A model generated the notes under the pieces. It saw only the letters and a list, made by a program, of their open reading frames with translations. It made no database searches and had not been told where the DNA came from. A stretch of DNA of 64,000 nt from a virus (Duplodnaviria > Heunggongvirae > Uroviricota > Caudoviricetes), in the IMG/VR virus record IMGVR_UViG_3300048496_000015; one strand, 5' to 3'. Numbering within the stretch: position 1 is the stretch's first letter; every line of letters begins with the position of its first letter. Below, piece after piece: positions 26,754 to 34,983 of the stretch. Both the position numbers and the translations under genes were made by a program.

Positions 26754-26994
26754 CTTTCTTCTTCCTTCCGAACAGGTCTTCACGGATTTCTTTGAGTCCC
26801 GCCAGCTTATCTCCAAGCTCTTGAGCTGATTTGAGTCCAGCCGCTACCTTTCGCCACCTTGCTCGCTCGCCCCGGTAGCGCTTAAGAAAAGCAACAGCTC
26901 GACTTAGAAGGAGGGTCTCGGCATTCTCCATGCCGTCTTTGAGGCCGATGAGGCCCTCAATGACCTCGTCTATTTCTTTTTCTTTCACGTTCAT
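26737..26994 (-). CDS. hypothetical protein
   Basis: 85-aa track ORF. Confidence 0.4.
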   Translation of the reverse strand: MNVKEKEIDEVIEGLIGLKDGMENAETLLLSRAVAFLKRYRGERARWRKVAAGLKSAQELGDKLAGLKEIREDLFGRKKKDAESK

Positions 26995-27238
26995 GCTCCT
27001 CCATAGCGTCAGCCATTTTAGGTCCTGTAATTCCTAAGATCTCTAACCCCCAAATGGGCTCCATCTTACGAAACTTGGGGCTTGTCTTCTCAAGAAGAAG
27101 ACGGTCGAGTTTCGCTTGACCGCGACACTCTGCTTCCTTCCAACGATTCCCTAATCTAAGGAAAGGTTGGCGTCCTCGAGCCTCGAAATTCGCAGCATAA
27201 CTGGGGGCCACGATCTTGAAATTAGGCTCCTGCATCAT
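26957..27238 (-). CDS. small protein of the N-terminal NFKIVAP family
   Basis: MMQEPNFKIVAPSYAANFE... Confidence 0.5.
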   Translation of the reverse strand: MMQEPNFKIVAPSYAANFEARGRQPFLRLGNRWKEAECRGQAKLDRLLLEKTSPKFRKMEPIWGLEILGITGPKMADAMEEHERERKRNRRGH

Positions 27239-27923
27239 CCAGCTTCTTGAAGATCCGATCTCTCAGATCTCGGGCAACTGCCGCTCGACGGACGTCGTGA
27301 GACTCGTCAGCGTCATATTCTCCATGCTTGTAAAGCCGGTTTAGGTTCCGACCGGAAAACGCCATACGGACTTTGCCCGCTTCCTTCTTGTCCATGATGT
27401 GGAAGATACCCTCGATGGCACGTCCCGACATCTCAGCAAAATCCATGCGCACTTTCTCGTTCATCTCCCCGGGTTTGAAGACCTCTCCGTAGTGACGGAG
27501 AGCTTCACCCAGAACCTCGGACTCTTCTAGGTTCACGAAGAGGGAGACCAAGGAGTTAACAGCGGGCATTACGGGCTCCGCCCCAGGAATGATGATCTTA
27601 GGAGTCGAGGGGACCGCAGCCGGAGCCGCAGTTGGCACAGGAGCAGGGGCCACAGGCGGCGGCTTGACACCCATCCGCTCGGCCATCTCCTCGAAGGAGA
27701 AGATGTTCTTACCAGTTTTGGTCTGCCACTTCTCGTCGGCAGCCTTCGGGTCTTTCTCGTCGTAGCCCGGTTCATCCTTAGTAGAAGTCCGGATGACAAC
27801 CTCGCGGCTACAATTACAGGTAATGTGCCGCTCGATCATCTTCTTTCCATTCTCTTCGATTTCCGCGCAGGGCCAATCGAAGATTCGGTGGTTGATACCA
27901 CACGTGCAGAAGATCTTCATCAC
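27222..27923 (-). CDS. hypothetical protein with N-terminal Cys cluster and Pro/Ala-rich linker
   Basis: 233-aa track ORF. Confidence 0.55.
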   Translation of the reverse strand: MMKIFCTCGINHRIFDWPCAEIEENGKKMIERHITCNCSREVVIRTSTKDEPGYDEKDPKAADEKWQTKTGKNIFSFEEMAERMGVKPPPVAPAPVPTAAPAAVPSTPKIIIPGAEPVMPAVNSLVSLFVNLEESEVLGEALRHYGEVFKPGEMNEKVRMDFAEMSGRAIEGIFHIMDKKEAGKVRMAFSGRNLNRLYKHGEYDADESHDVRRAAVARDLRDRIFKKLDDAGA

Positions 27924-28432
27924 TCCTCCATATTGAGTCTAATTTGACTCACGTAGGTTAGAACAGCAGAATCCGCCCGACAATGATCCGGAATTTTACT
28001 CAGTAAGGTTTCAGTGTTTGAACGATAACCTTTTGTGAATTTCACGGGCTTAAGCTTGAAATCTCGCGTATTATCACATCGATCAGCGAGTTTAAGTAAG
28101 ACGCCATCTCGCGATAGCCGAGCAAAACGCGCGAAGTATTCAGCCTCTTTTTCAGCCTTAGGGAGAGACTTAACCTTAGTCACTCCCATGACCAGCTCAG
28201 TCATGTCGCTCCCGAAGTAGAGTCGGATTGTACCGGAAGTAACATCGGTGTCTTCAATCACATCATGAAGTACACCTGCAGTCGCCAACTTAATATTGCC
28301 GGTACGAGCAAAGAGATCATCCGCAACCCGTAAAGGGTGGAGGATATAAGGTTCGTCAACGAACTTGCGACGTTGTCCATCGTGGGCCTTGGTCGCAAGG
28401 AGGATTGCTCTATTGTAGTTCTGAAGCCACAT
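27920..28432 (-). CDS. HD-domain (p)ppGpp/alarmone hydrolase (RelA/SpoT hydrolase-type, SAH-like)
   Basis: ATKAHDGQRRK...PYILHPLRVA...AGVLHDVIEDT...LLKLADRCDNTRD. Confidence 0.8.
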   Translation of the reverse strand: MWLQNYNRAILLATKAHDGQRRKFVDEPYILHPLRVADDLFARTGNIKLATAGVLHDVIEDTDVTSGTIRLYFGSDMTELVMGVTKVKSLPKAEKEAEYFARFARLSRDGVLLKLADRCDNTRDFKLKPVKFTKGYRSNTETLLSKIPDHCRADSAVLTYVSQIRLNMEE

Positions 28433-28958
28433 GTTTTTCTACCTTATTAAGAAGGGCTCGGATTTTCTTATGATCCTCATTGTGATAGGAGATCTTACGC
28501 TCCGTTGCCTCTATATTGTCCTTAATCATCCTAACCAACAATTCTTCGAGCTTCTCGCCCACCTTCTCGTGGTTATGTAAGGGGATAAAGATTTCGAGAT
28601 GTCCCCTGCCAAACGTTAGACCTCCCTTAAGGGCGTTGTGGCGGGCCGCATATATCTGATCTAGGTGACCAATAGTCACACAAATTCTTCGATGATCTTG
28701 ATCATTGGAGAATAGCTCATGTGTCAGAACTCGTGCGCCGATCTTATCGAGCCTGCGCTCACGCCAGACTTTCTGGATATAGTCAGCCACAACCCGTTTT
28801 TGTCCTTCCGAGTTGTAATGTTTCGTACAGAGTAAGTCTCCCGAAAGCTTCTTCAAGCAACGACTATGATAGTGACCATCAGCACCGCACTTCTCACAGA
28901 TGGCAAACCGGTTGTTATAGATTAGACCTTTACATTTATCGCAGAAAGTCTTAGTCAT
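28410..28958 (-). CDS. zinc-finger protein, member D of the 'ADYxKKxW' family
   Basis: start trimmed to MTKTFCDKCKG by analogy with members A-C; VVADYIQKVW...ICVTIGHL core. Confidence 0.6.
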   Translation of the reverse strand: MTKTFCDKCKGLIYNNRFAICEKCGADGHYHSRCLKKLSGDLLCTKHYNSEGQKRVVADYIQKVWRERRLDKIGARVLTHELFSNDQDHRRICVTIGHLDQIYAARHNALKGGLTFGRGHLEIFIPLHNHEKVGEKLEELLVRMIKDNIEATERKISYHNEDHKKIRALLNKVEKHVASELQ

Positions 28959-29205
28959 CGCTCCATCTTCCACTCGCGTGCGGTTCTCCCTTACCATAAC
29001 CACGGGGATCGAGACGGTTGATTTCCTTAAATTGGCCCTCATCCATGATCTCGATCTCGCCTGCCGTCTTGTGACCGTAAGCCATCCGTCCTTTTTTCAT
29101 CGGGACGTCTCCGTCCGCGATTACACATGGAACGCAGGTTCTCGCGTTAGGGAGGGCTTCCAGGCGCTCAGCGGAGATTAGCTTACCGCAACGTTCACAA
29201 CTCAT
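28951..29205 (-). CDS. TraR/DksA-family C4 zinc-finger protein
   Basis: CERCGKLISAERLEALPNARTCVPC. Confidence 0.8.
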   Translation of the reverse strand: MSCERCGKLISAERLEALPNARTCVPCVIADGDVPMKKGRMAYGHKTAGEIEIMDEGQFKEINRLDPRGYGKGEPHASGRWSDD

Positions 29206-29333
29206 TCATCCTCCTCTAATTCTTCATATTCCTCTTCGTCTTCTTCAACTTCTTCGTCGTCGTACCAGCCAAATTGTTCTCGCCAATCATTTTGGAAGAG
29301 AGCAATTTTGAGTGCAATTCTTTTGAAGTTCAC
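29205..29333 (-). CDS. small acidic protein (42 aa), GTG start, NFK N-terminus
   Basis: (GTG)NFKRIALKIALFQNDW...EEDEEEYEELEEDE; ATGA overlap with traR-like gene. Confidence 0.3.
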
Positions 29334-29605
29334 GTTCTCTGTCGCTTTCCGTTGAGTGTGTACCACTGACCTTCGCTCCAAGCGCCTAGGATCTCTTCAA
29401 TGACTGATTTCTTAGCAGAAAGAGTCACCCGATAAAGACTCTTACCAACTTTATCACATGTTAGGATCTTGAATTCGCCTCTGGCGAGGGCCACGCCTAG
29501 GTTAGGATCCTTGAGCATATAACGCATCGCTTGTTTGCGTGCGGAGGGCGTGATTGCATCGTCAAGATCCGGCCAACCTCCATGTTGTCTATATGAGAGT
29601 CTCAT
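29330..29605 (-). CDS. hypothetical protein
   Basis: track ORF trimmed to ATG 29605 (MRLSYRQHGGW); ATGA overlap upstream. Confidence 0.5.
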   Translation of the reverse strand: MRLSYRQHGGWPDLDDAITPSARKQAMRYMLKDPNLGVALARGEFKILTCDKVGKSLYRVTLSAKKSVIEEILGAWSEGQWYTLNGKRQRT

Positions 29606-29721
29606 GGACGAATTCCTCCTGGAGGGGGATTCCAATAACTACTGCATTCATAACAGCAGTTACATTCAGGGTTCTCCTGGCAGAGATCCATATCGCTATG
29701 AGCGATGATTGTGAAGTTCAA
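29602..29721 (-). CDS. small Cys-rich protein (38 aa), TTG start, NFTII N-terminus
   Basis: (TTG)NFTIIAHSDMDLCQENPECNCCYEC...; coupled overlaps on both sides. Confidence 0.3.
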   Translation of the reverse strand: MNFTIIAHSDMDLCQENPECNCCYECSSYWNPPPGGIRP

Positions 29722-29867
29722 AATTCGTCATCCTCATTACACGATCTACAATCACAGATTACATCCGAGATAAAGTAGCCAGAAGGATTACAATCGATGC
29801 AATCGCATTGCTTTTCATGGGGGACTTTATCAAGCGCCTCTTCGGGAGCAATGATTGTGAAGTTCAT
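29718..29867 (-). CDS. small Cys-rich protein (49 aa) of the MNFTIIAP variant
   Basis: MNFTIIAPEEALDKVPHEKQCDCIDCNPSGY... Confidence 0.4.
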   Translation of the reverse strand: MNFTIIAPEEALDKVPHEKQCDCIDCNPSGYFISDVICDCRSCNEDDEF

Positions 29868-30031
29868 GATTCTCTAATACAGCCTTCACACTGGCAGCGG
29901 ACGCTAGAAAGATCACCGCAGATTTCATAACCCTGCTCAGCTACCCAATGTTCACAGCGACCGCACTCCCATGCGGGAGTGCCCTGCTTCTCTGCCTTGA
30001 ACATCTCGGACCCACAGTACTTACAAAGCAT
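29864..30031 (-). CDS. small zinc-ribbon protein (55 aa)
   Basis: MLCKYCGSEMF...WECGRCEHW...; TAATG upstream, ATGA downstream. Confidence 0.4.
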   Translation of the reverse strand: MLCKYCGSEMFKAEKQGTPAWECGRCEHWVAEQGYEICGDLSSVRCQCEGCIRES

Positions 30032-30423
30032 TATTCGGCTCCCTTCTTCTCTTTCTTAAGATACTTCGACTTCATGTTCTTCGTGCGCTCAACAATCAGC
30101 GCCGCGATTCGATCAATGAGATCAGGAACAGCTAGAGGAATGACCTCAAATTCCTGATGCCCGTACCCGTACTTCCTTCCCCTCGCCTGGAACTTGAGTT
30201 TCTCTCCTTCCACATGGACTTCGCTGATAAGAGAACTCATGGGAGAGGGCCACCGGAAAGATAATCTACTCCCTCTATAAGTGACATACCCTGTGCTGAC
30301 CGCAACCGCAACCTCGTTTGGATCAATACCAGCCTTCTTAAAGGCTTCTAGGAAGGTCTCACTGAGAATCATCATCAGTAACAGAATACCATTTCTTCTG
30401 AACGTAGAAGTCACCAACATCAA
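30031..30423 (-). CDS. hypothetical protein, paralogue of 19547-19942
   Basis: AFKKAGIDPNEV, EGEKLKFQARGRKYG and NMKSKYLKKEKKG are shared. Confidence 0.55.
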   Translation of the reverse strand: MMLVTSTFRRNGILLLMMILSETFLEAFKKAGIDPNEVAVAVSTGYVTYRGSRLSFRWPSPMSSLISEVHVEGEKLKFQARGRKYGYGHQEFEVIPLAVPDLIDRIAALIVERTKNMKSKYLKKEKKGAE

Positions 30424-30432
30424 CTGAGGATC

Positions 30433-30909
30433 TCATTTAACACCCTTCGTCGCGGCCCACTTCCGTATCAGCTTTTGCGTTTTCTTCCGTTCTCTCTTTG
30501 CCTTATCGGTTTCAACTAGTTCCCGCAACTTTTTGTCATAGACATCTTTCTTCTTGAGACTCTTAACAAGCTTGGTGTCAGTCTCGAACAGCGTTCTTAA
30601 AAGACCAAGAAGGTCAGATGTCGGTTCAGCAATGTTCATGTAATAAACCCATCCATCTTTATTCGTTGACAGGTCTTGCTTGCGCGAGAAGATGACCTCA
30701 ACCTCATTTTGAACGAACACGTGGATTGCAGGGATAAAGTATCCTCCCCGAATCTGGAGATGAGGTTGGATATAAGGTGTCGAACCGCCGTACAAGGACA
30801 CCTTAAATCCCTCGTTAATGAGCCACACCTTTAGTTGGCCTAGCGTGGCAACTTTCTCTTGATGGGTCATTTCGCAAACTGACGCTTGGCCAGCTCCTCC
30901 TTGTACCAC
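30433..30909 (-). CDS. hypothetical protein
   Basis: 158-aa track ORF. Confidence 0.55.
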   Translation of the reverse strand: MVQGGAGQASVCEMTHQEKVATLGQLKVWLINEGFKVSLYGGSTPYIQPHLQIRGGYFIPAIHVFVQNEVEVIFSRKQDLSTNKDGWVYYMNIAEPTSDLLGLLRTLFETDTKLVKSLKKKDVYDKKLRELVETDKAKRERKKTQKLIRKWAATKGVK

Positions 30910-31838
30910 TCAGGAAGGCCAGCAGTCGCTCCACGCAAGATCTTGGGAAGCGCCCACTTTAGAAGCGCCTCAGCGATGGGCGAGTTGGGACCCTTCGCCT
31001 CTTCCTCAGTGAGATCCTTGTGGACTTCCTTGATAAGCTTGCCGATGTCCTTCGGAGCATTTTCAAGCTCACCACGTTCCTCGAGGTGCATTACTGCCTT
31101 GCTCCAGCGAGCAGGGGTTTGATACGACATGATGAGCTTCTGAAGGATATCACCCTGCTTGGGGTTGGATTCCTTCCACTCGACCCCGTGCTTCTCCTTG
31201 AACTCCTCGCTGACGAACTTCCCCATCATGGCCTTGCCATCCGAACCAAAACGGTTGTAGTTCTTGACGACAACACCTTCGATCTTCTCTTCGCCTAGGA
31301 CACTCATGGTCTCGTCCACGAGCTTCCGGAAGACGTCGTAGTTATCGATCTTGCCACGGAAGAAACAAGGGACGCACTCGAGGCCGATCCGATCGGCTTC
31401 AGCCTTCTTCTCTTCGGGAGAGAGATACTGCTCGTACGAGGGGCTGATATCGAAGATGATCAGATGGTCTTTGGGGACCCGGCCGTAAGCCCGAGTGTGA
31501 TGCTTGGGCTTCGACAGGTATTCTGCCCGGTAGGTCCAGCCCAGCTTGAGATTGGGTTGAAGCTTTAGGATGGTTTCTACCGCCTTGATGAAGAGCTTCT
31601 CAGGGGCAATCAGGTTGATCTGGGCACCCTTCGAACGGGCACGCAGCTCGGGACCCTCACCAAAATCGAAGACACCAAAGCTGAATTGGGACCCGTCCAC
31701 TTTCTCTTCGAGGATCACTTCCTCCAGGAAAAGCTCTGTGATCGCATGGTGACCCAGAGCGTGGATCTTCGTGTATGAATGATACGACGTTGCGGTTACA
31801 GGCTTCTTTGCAACCAGGGGCTTCTCTTCAGGAACCAT
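30867..31838 (-). CDS. Rnl2-family RNA ligase (covalent nucleotidyltransferase)
   Basis: motif I EEKVDGSQFSF (KxDG), motif IV EGVVVKN, motif V region; start trimmed to MVPEEKP. Confidence 0.75.
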   Translation of the reverse strand: MVPEEKPLVAKKPVTATSYHSYTKIHALGHHAITELFLEEVILEEKVDGSQFSFGVFDFGEGPELRARSKGAQINLIAPEKLFIKAVETILKLQPNLKLGWTYRAEYLSKPKHHTRAYGRVPKDHLIIFDISPSYEQYLSPEEKKAEADRIGLECVPCFFRGKIDNYDVFRKLVDETMSVLGEEKIEGVVVKNYNRFGSDGKAMMGKFVSEEFKEKHGVEWKESNPKQGDILQKLIMSYQTPARWSKAVMHLEERGELENAPKDIGKLIKEVHKDLTEEEAKGPNSPIAEALLKWALPKILRGATAGLPEWYKEELAKRQFAK

Positions 31839-32181
31839 TCTTTCCCTCACAATCTTTACAGCAGCACTTGATACATACGCATTCGCTACCACCACATGGA
31901 GTAGTGCAATGCTTATGACTACAACCACATGTCTCGTAATCGGAGAAGGGAAGTATCGACGCTAACTGCTTCCTTTCTCGATCATAGACAACCTTGAGCA
32001 TCTGCTTTTCATGCTCAACCAGGAAGATGGAAACCCGGTGGGAGTCTTTATGGTAGAATCTCGCATCTCCCACACGGATCTTGTCCACGATACGACACTG
32101 GTCCTCCTCTCTGAGGACCAGCCCAAATCGCTGGAAGGCACGCCGTTGAGCGTGCAACCGCTGAGATTTATCTTTCTTCAT
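31828..32181 (-). CDS. hypothetical protein with C-terminal Cys cluster
   Basis: 117-aa track ORF. Confidence 0.5.
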   Translation of the reverse strand: MKKDKSQRLHAQRRAFQRFGLVLREEDQCRIVDKIRVGDARFYHKDSHRVSIFLVEHEKQMLKVVYDRERKQLASILPFSDYETCGCSHKHCTTPCGGSECVCIKCCCKDCEGKNGS

Positions 32182-32183
32182 GT

Positions 32184-32276
32184 TAATCTCCTACCCCGCC
32201 GAAGCCGAGACTGAGGTACCACCGATAGTAAGTTATGTTACGTCTCCTCGCCGGTGGCGCTATAATCTTGAAATTC
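32184..32276 (-). CDS. micro-ORF (30 aa) with an MNFKIIAPP N-terminus
   Basis: MNFKIIAPPARRRNITYYRWYLSLGFGGVGD; sits exactly between two genes. Confidence 0.3.
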
Positions 32277-32277
32277 A

Positions 32278-32643
32278 TCAAGCCCATGCAAACCTGTGGA
32301 AGGATTCAATCTCCTTTGAGCGGACACATTCATCGCAGATTGGTTTAATAGGTCCATCTGTGTCCTGAAAGACTCCAGTTGCTGTGGCAGCGCAGCGAGA
32401 GCACTCCCACTCTTCGTCCTCTTCCTTCTCCTGAGGGATGAAGCGCTCATCAATCTCGCCCATTGTTTTTTGGATCGCTTTGAACCAGAGAGTCTCGTCG
32501 TGACCCGAGCATCCAAATTCGCTCAAGATCGTCTTGAGATGATCAAACATCTCAAATGCTTTATCGTGGGTCTTGCAACGCTGAATGATGGGGAAAGGCA
32601 TCCCCTGCTCGGGCTCTAAGACTTTACAAGCACACGTAGACAT
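32278..32643 (-). CDS. hypothetical Cys-rich protein
   Basis: 121-aa track ORF. Confidence 0.5.
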   Translation of the reverse strand: MSTCACKVLEPEQGMPFPIIQRCKTHDKAFEMFDHLKTILSEFGCSGHDETLWFKAIQKTMGEIDERFIPQEKEEDEEWECSRCAATATGVFQDTDGPIKPICDECVRSKEIESFHRFAWA

Positions 32644-32893
32644 ATTGCATCCTCCTAATCATGTCAGCGAGATCTTCAAAGAAGTTGGGGTCGGCCATGT
32701 TTAATATACGCGGACGACCTATCCCCATGACTGTGATCTTCGGTAGCTCATCTAGAATGAGCCTACCATGAGCCGAATTATCGATGAGAGATTCGATATA
32801 AAAGACGTCTCCAGCGTCGTTGATCTTGATCGGGGTCCCGCGATATTCCTCTTTCAGCCATTCAACAAGAGCTGTCTCAAAGTCGAGTTTCAT
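32624..32893 (-). CDS. small protein of the DPxFF family
   Basis: ...ILNMADPNFFEDLADMIRRM. Confidence 0.55.
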   Translation of the reverse strand: MKLDFETALVEWLKEEYRGTPIKINDAGDVFYIESLIDNSAHGRLILDELPKITVMGIGRPRILNMADPNFFEDLADMIRRMQYVYVCL

Positions 32894-33093
32894 CGTCTCA
32901 TCCAGGTTCTACCTGTCCAAACGACCCTAGACCACGCATTACAGTGGACCACATGAGGAATACCCTCTTTGTTGACGTGTCTAAAAAACTCAAGTGCTTC
33001 CGGGAATTTAGACGGAGGAGTCGTGTGATCTTTATAGAGAAAGACCTTTCCCAACAAATAGCCCGTGTAAGGGACCAAAATCTTGAAGTTCAT
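32890..33093 (-). CDS. small protein of the MNFKI family
   Basis: MNFKILVPYTGYLLGK...; GAGGAAG SD. Confidence 0.5.
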   Translation of the reverse strand: MNFKILVPYTGYLLGKVFLYKDHTTPPSKFPEALEFFRHVNKEGIPHVVHCNAWSRVVWTGRTWMRR

Positions 33094-33344
33094 TTCTTCC
33101 TCTTTCTGCGTCCTTCAAGGATCTTGATCTGAGCCTCATCGAGAGAGGGGCGGAGGTCCGCAACACGAGCACGAATGTCAATCAACTCGTCCGTCATAGC
33201 ACGAATCTTATCGAGAAGACGAAGGTCCCCACAAATCTTGAGGTTCCCATCACAAGTGTAAGCTGTGGTGCAACAAGCGAATGTTCCTACTCGCTCGTCA
33301 CAGAAATCGCACTTATCCCCGTTTATCATTCCTAAGACGCGCAT
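33090..33344 (-). CDS. hypothetical Cys-rich protein
   Basis: 84-aa track ORF. Confidence 0.5.
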   Translation of the reverse strand: MRVLGMINGDKCDFCDERVGTFACCTTAYTCDGNLKICGDLRLLDKIRAMTDELIDIRARVADLRPSLDEAQIKILEGRRKRKK

Positions 33345-33577
33345 TAGGACACGTGAGATACGTGAACGGCTACTTGGACATATTCAGCAGACCATCTAAC
33401 GCTTCCCTGACTGGCTTGCTTAGCGTTCTCGGGCTCGAACGCTTCGCTCCAGACCTCAGGTCCATTCTCTCCAGGAATGTTGAACGGCGAGTTAGGGAGC
33501 GCCATCAATAAACTGGCGAGTTCGTGCGTATCTTGAACCCCTCTCAGATTCTGATATTGATCTCTCGAGATTTCCAT
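33344..33577 (-). CDS. hypothetical protein
   Basis: 77-aa track ORF. Confidence 0.45.
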   Translation of the reverse strand: MEISRDQYQNLRGVQDTHELASLLMALPNSPFNIPGENGPEVWSEAFEPENAKQASQGSVRWSAEYVQVAVHVSHVS

Positions 33578-33587
33578 TTGATCCTCC

Positions 33588-33920
33588 TTAGTGATGGGGG
33601 TCCCACTTCATCATCTTATCAATGTGACGCTTGAGCTTCGCGAACATGTGAGGATCGGTGATACTCACTTCTTTCCTCGCGAAGCACCCTCGAGACCTTC
33701 GTGCCAATGGATGAGAGTAGATGATTTTCATTTGATCTCCCTCACCTTGAAGATTGAAAACCGTATACCAGATGAAAGGATCAAACTTGATATCCTTCGG
33801 GATCAGTTTGAGTTGAGGACCAATCTGACCATCCTCTTCAGCTCGGAGAGTGTAAACATCAATAGCTGGATACCTATCTCGTATCCAATACCTGATTATT
33901 TCGATGCCAGTGATAGTCAT
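33588..33920 (-). CDS. small protein of the DPxFF family
   Basis: IIRYWIRDRY...SITDPHMFAKLKRHI. Confidence 0.55.
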   Translation of the reverse strand: MTITGIEIIRYWIRDRYPAIDVYTLRAEEDGQIGPQLKLIPKDIKFDPFIWYTVFNLQGEGDQMKIIYSHPLARRSRGCFARKEVSITDPHMFAKLKRHIDKMMKWDPHH

Positions 33921-34048
33921 TTCTTCTCCTTGAACTTCTGGATGATCTCAACCATCAAGCAGATGTAAAGGGTTAAGGCTGTCCCTTCCACACCGAAGGT
34001 CAGGAGACCTAATCCGATAAGGAATAAAAAGAGAAGGAAATTTCTCAT
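33917..34048 (-). CDS. small hydrophobic peptide (43 aa)
   Basis: MRNFLLFLFLIGLGLLTFGVEG...; ATGA overlaps at both ends. Confidence 0.35.
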   Translation of the reverse strand: MRNFLLFLFLIGLGLLTFGVEGTALTLYICLMVEIIQKFKEKK

Positions 34049-34245
34049 TTTACCTCAGGTAAAACCTCAGGACCCCAATCTAGATCATAGTCTAGATTCC
34101 AATGCCAATCGGAATAATGACCTTGGGGCCGTTGGCACCGGATAGGCTTATTGTCTGGAGTCAATGCAGACCAACAAGCATTTTCACAAAGAACCTCTTT
34201 ATAGGCAGCATTTGGGGCGAAGATCTTAAATTTTTCTGAACTCAT
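34045..34245 (-). CDS. small protein, NFKI-family variant (KFKIFAP)
   Basis: MSSEKFKIFAPNAAYKEV... Confidence 0.45.
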   Translation of the reverse strand: MSSEKFKIFAPNAAYKEVLCENACWSALTPDNKPIRCQRPQGHYSDWHWNLDYDLDWGPEVLPEVK

Positions 34246-34556
34246 TCACCCGCCGCTTCTACCGTAGCAGACATAGAACCTGCACAACGTGGGATCCTTG
34301 GGTCTCGCCCGTAAGCGTGGACCTTATCTCTCTTGAATTCAGCATATTCAAGAGCGCCCGAATATACAATCACCTTTCCGGTCGCATCGACCTCAACTGC
34401 CATCCTGAATGCCTTCTCCTTGGAGTGACCGAAGACCACTCCAAGCATTTCGATCACATACTCGTATGTGTGATCATCATCATTCCACAGGATAACGTTG
34501 TAAGGAGGCTGTGTCTTGACATCCTCCTTGACTTCATCTTTTACTTCTGTCGACAT
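34242..34556 (-). CDS. clpS: ClpS, Clp protease N-degron adaptor (copy 1)
   Basis: YNVILWNDDDHTYEYVIEMLGVVFGHSKEKAFRMAVEVDATGKVIVYSGALEYAEFKRDKV. Confidence 0.85.
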   Translation of the reverse strand: MSTEVKDEVKEDVKTQPPYNVILWNDDDHTYEYVIEMLGVVFGHSKEKAFRMAVEVDATGKVIVYSGALEYAEFKRDKVHAYGRDPRIPRCAGSMSATVEAAGE

Positions 34557-34783
34557 TACTTCTTCTCCCGTGTGGTACGTTCGGTGAATTGAGACATCTT
34601 ATCGAGACTTCCGAGGTCATCAAATTTTGTGTCAAGTAATTTGACATCATTAATCTCGGCTGCACCAAATTCTCGCAGATAGTCGAGGAAATCTTCCTCA
34701 CGCTCATCACCGAGAGGTACGGCATAAGTGATGCAATAAACAAGTGTCTTGCCGAGTTTCTCACAGGCCTTTTTGCGGTCCAT
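34556..34783 (-). CDS. hypothetical protein
   Basis: 75-aa track ORF. Confidence 0.45.
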   Translation of the reverse strand: MDRKKACEKLGKTLVYCITYAVPLGDEREEDFLDYLREFGAAEINDVKLLDTKFDDLGSLDKMSQFTERTTREKK

Positions 34784-34983
34784 CAGAGTCCTTTCATCTC
34801 TTCAAGGATGTCTTTCCAGTCTTTTCCAGTTCGAGTAGCTATATCCTTAATACGGAGGAGACCTTCTTTAAGAGAACAATCATAACAAAGAATATGACTT
34901 ATTGGATGCAATCGTGGTTTCGCCTTGCAAGTCAAGCAAGGCACTGCAGCTATCGGCGCAGTCATTTTGAAGTTCCCGAGCAT
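34783..34983 (-). CDS. small Cys-containing protein, NFKI-family variant (NFKMTAP)
   Basis: MLGNFKMTAPIAAVPCLTCK... Confidence 0.45.
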   Translation of the reverse strand: MLGNFKMTAPIAAVPCLTCKAKPRLHPISHILCYDCSLKEGLLRIKDIATRTGKDWKDILEEMKGL

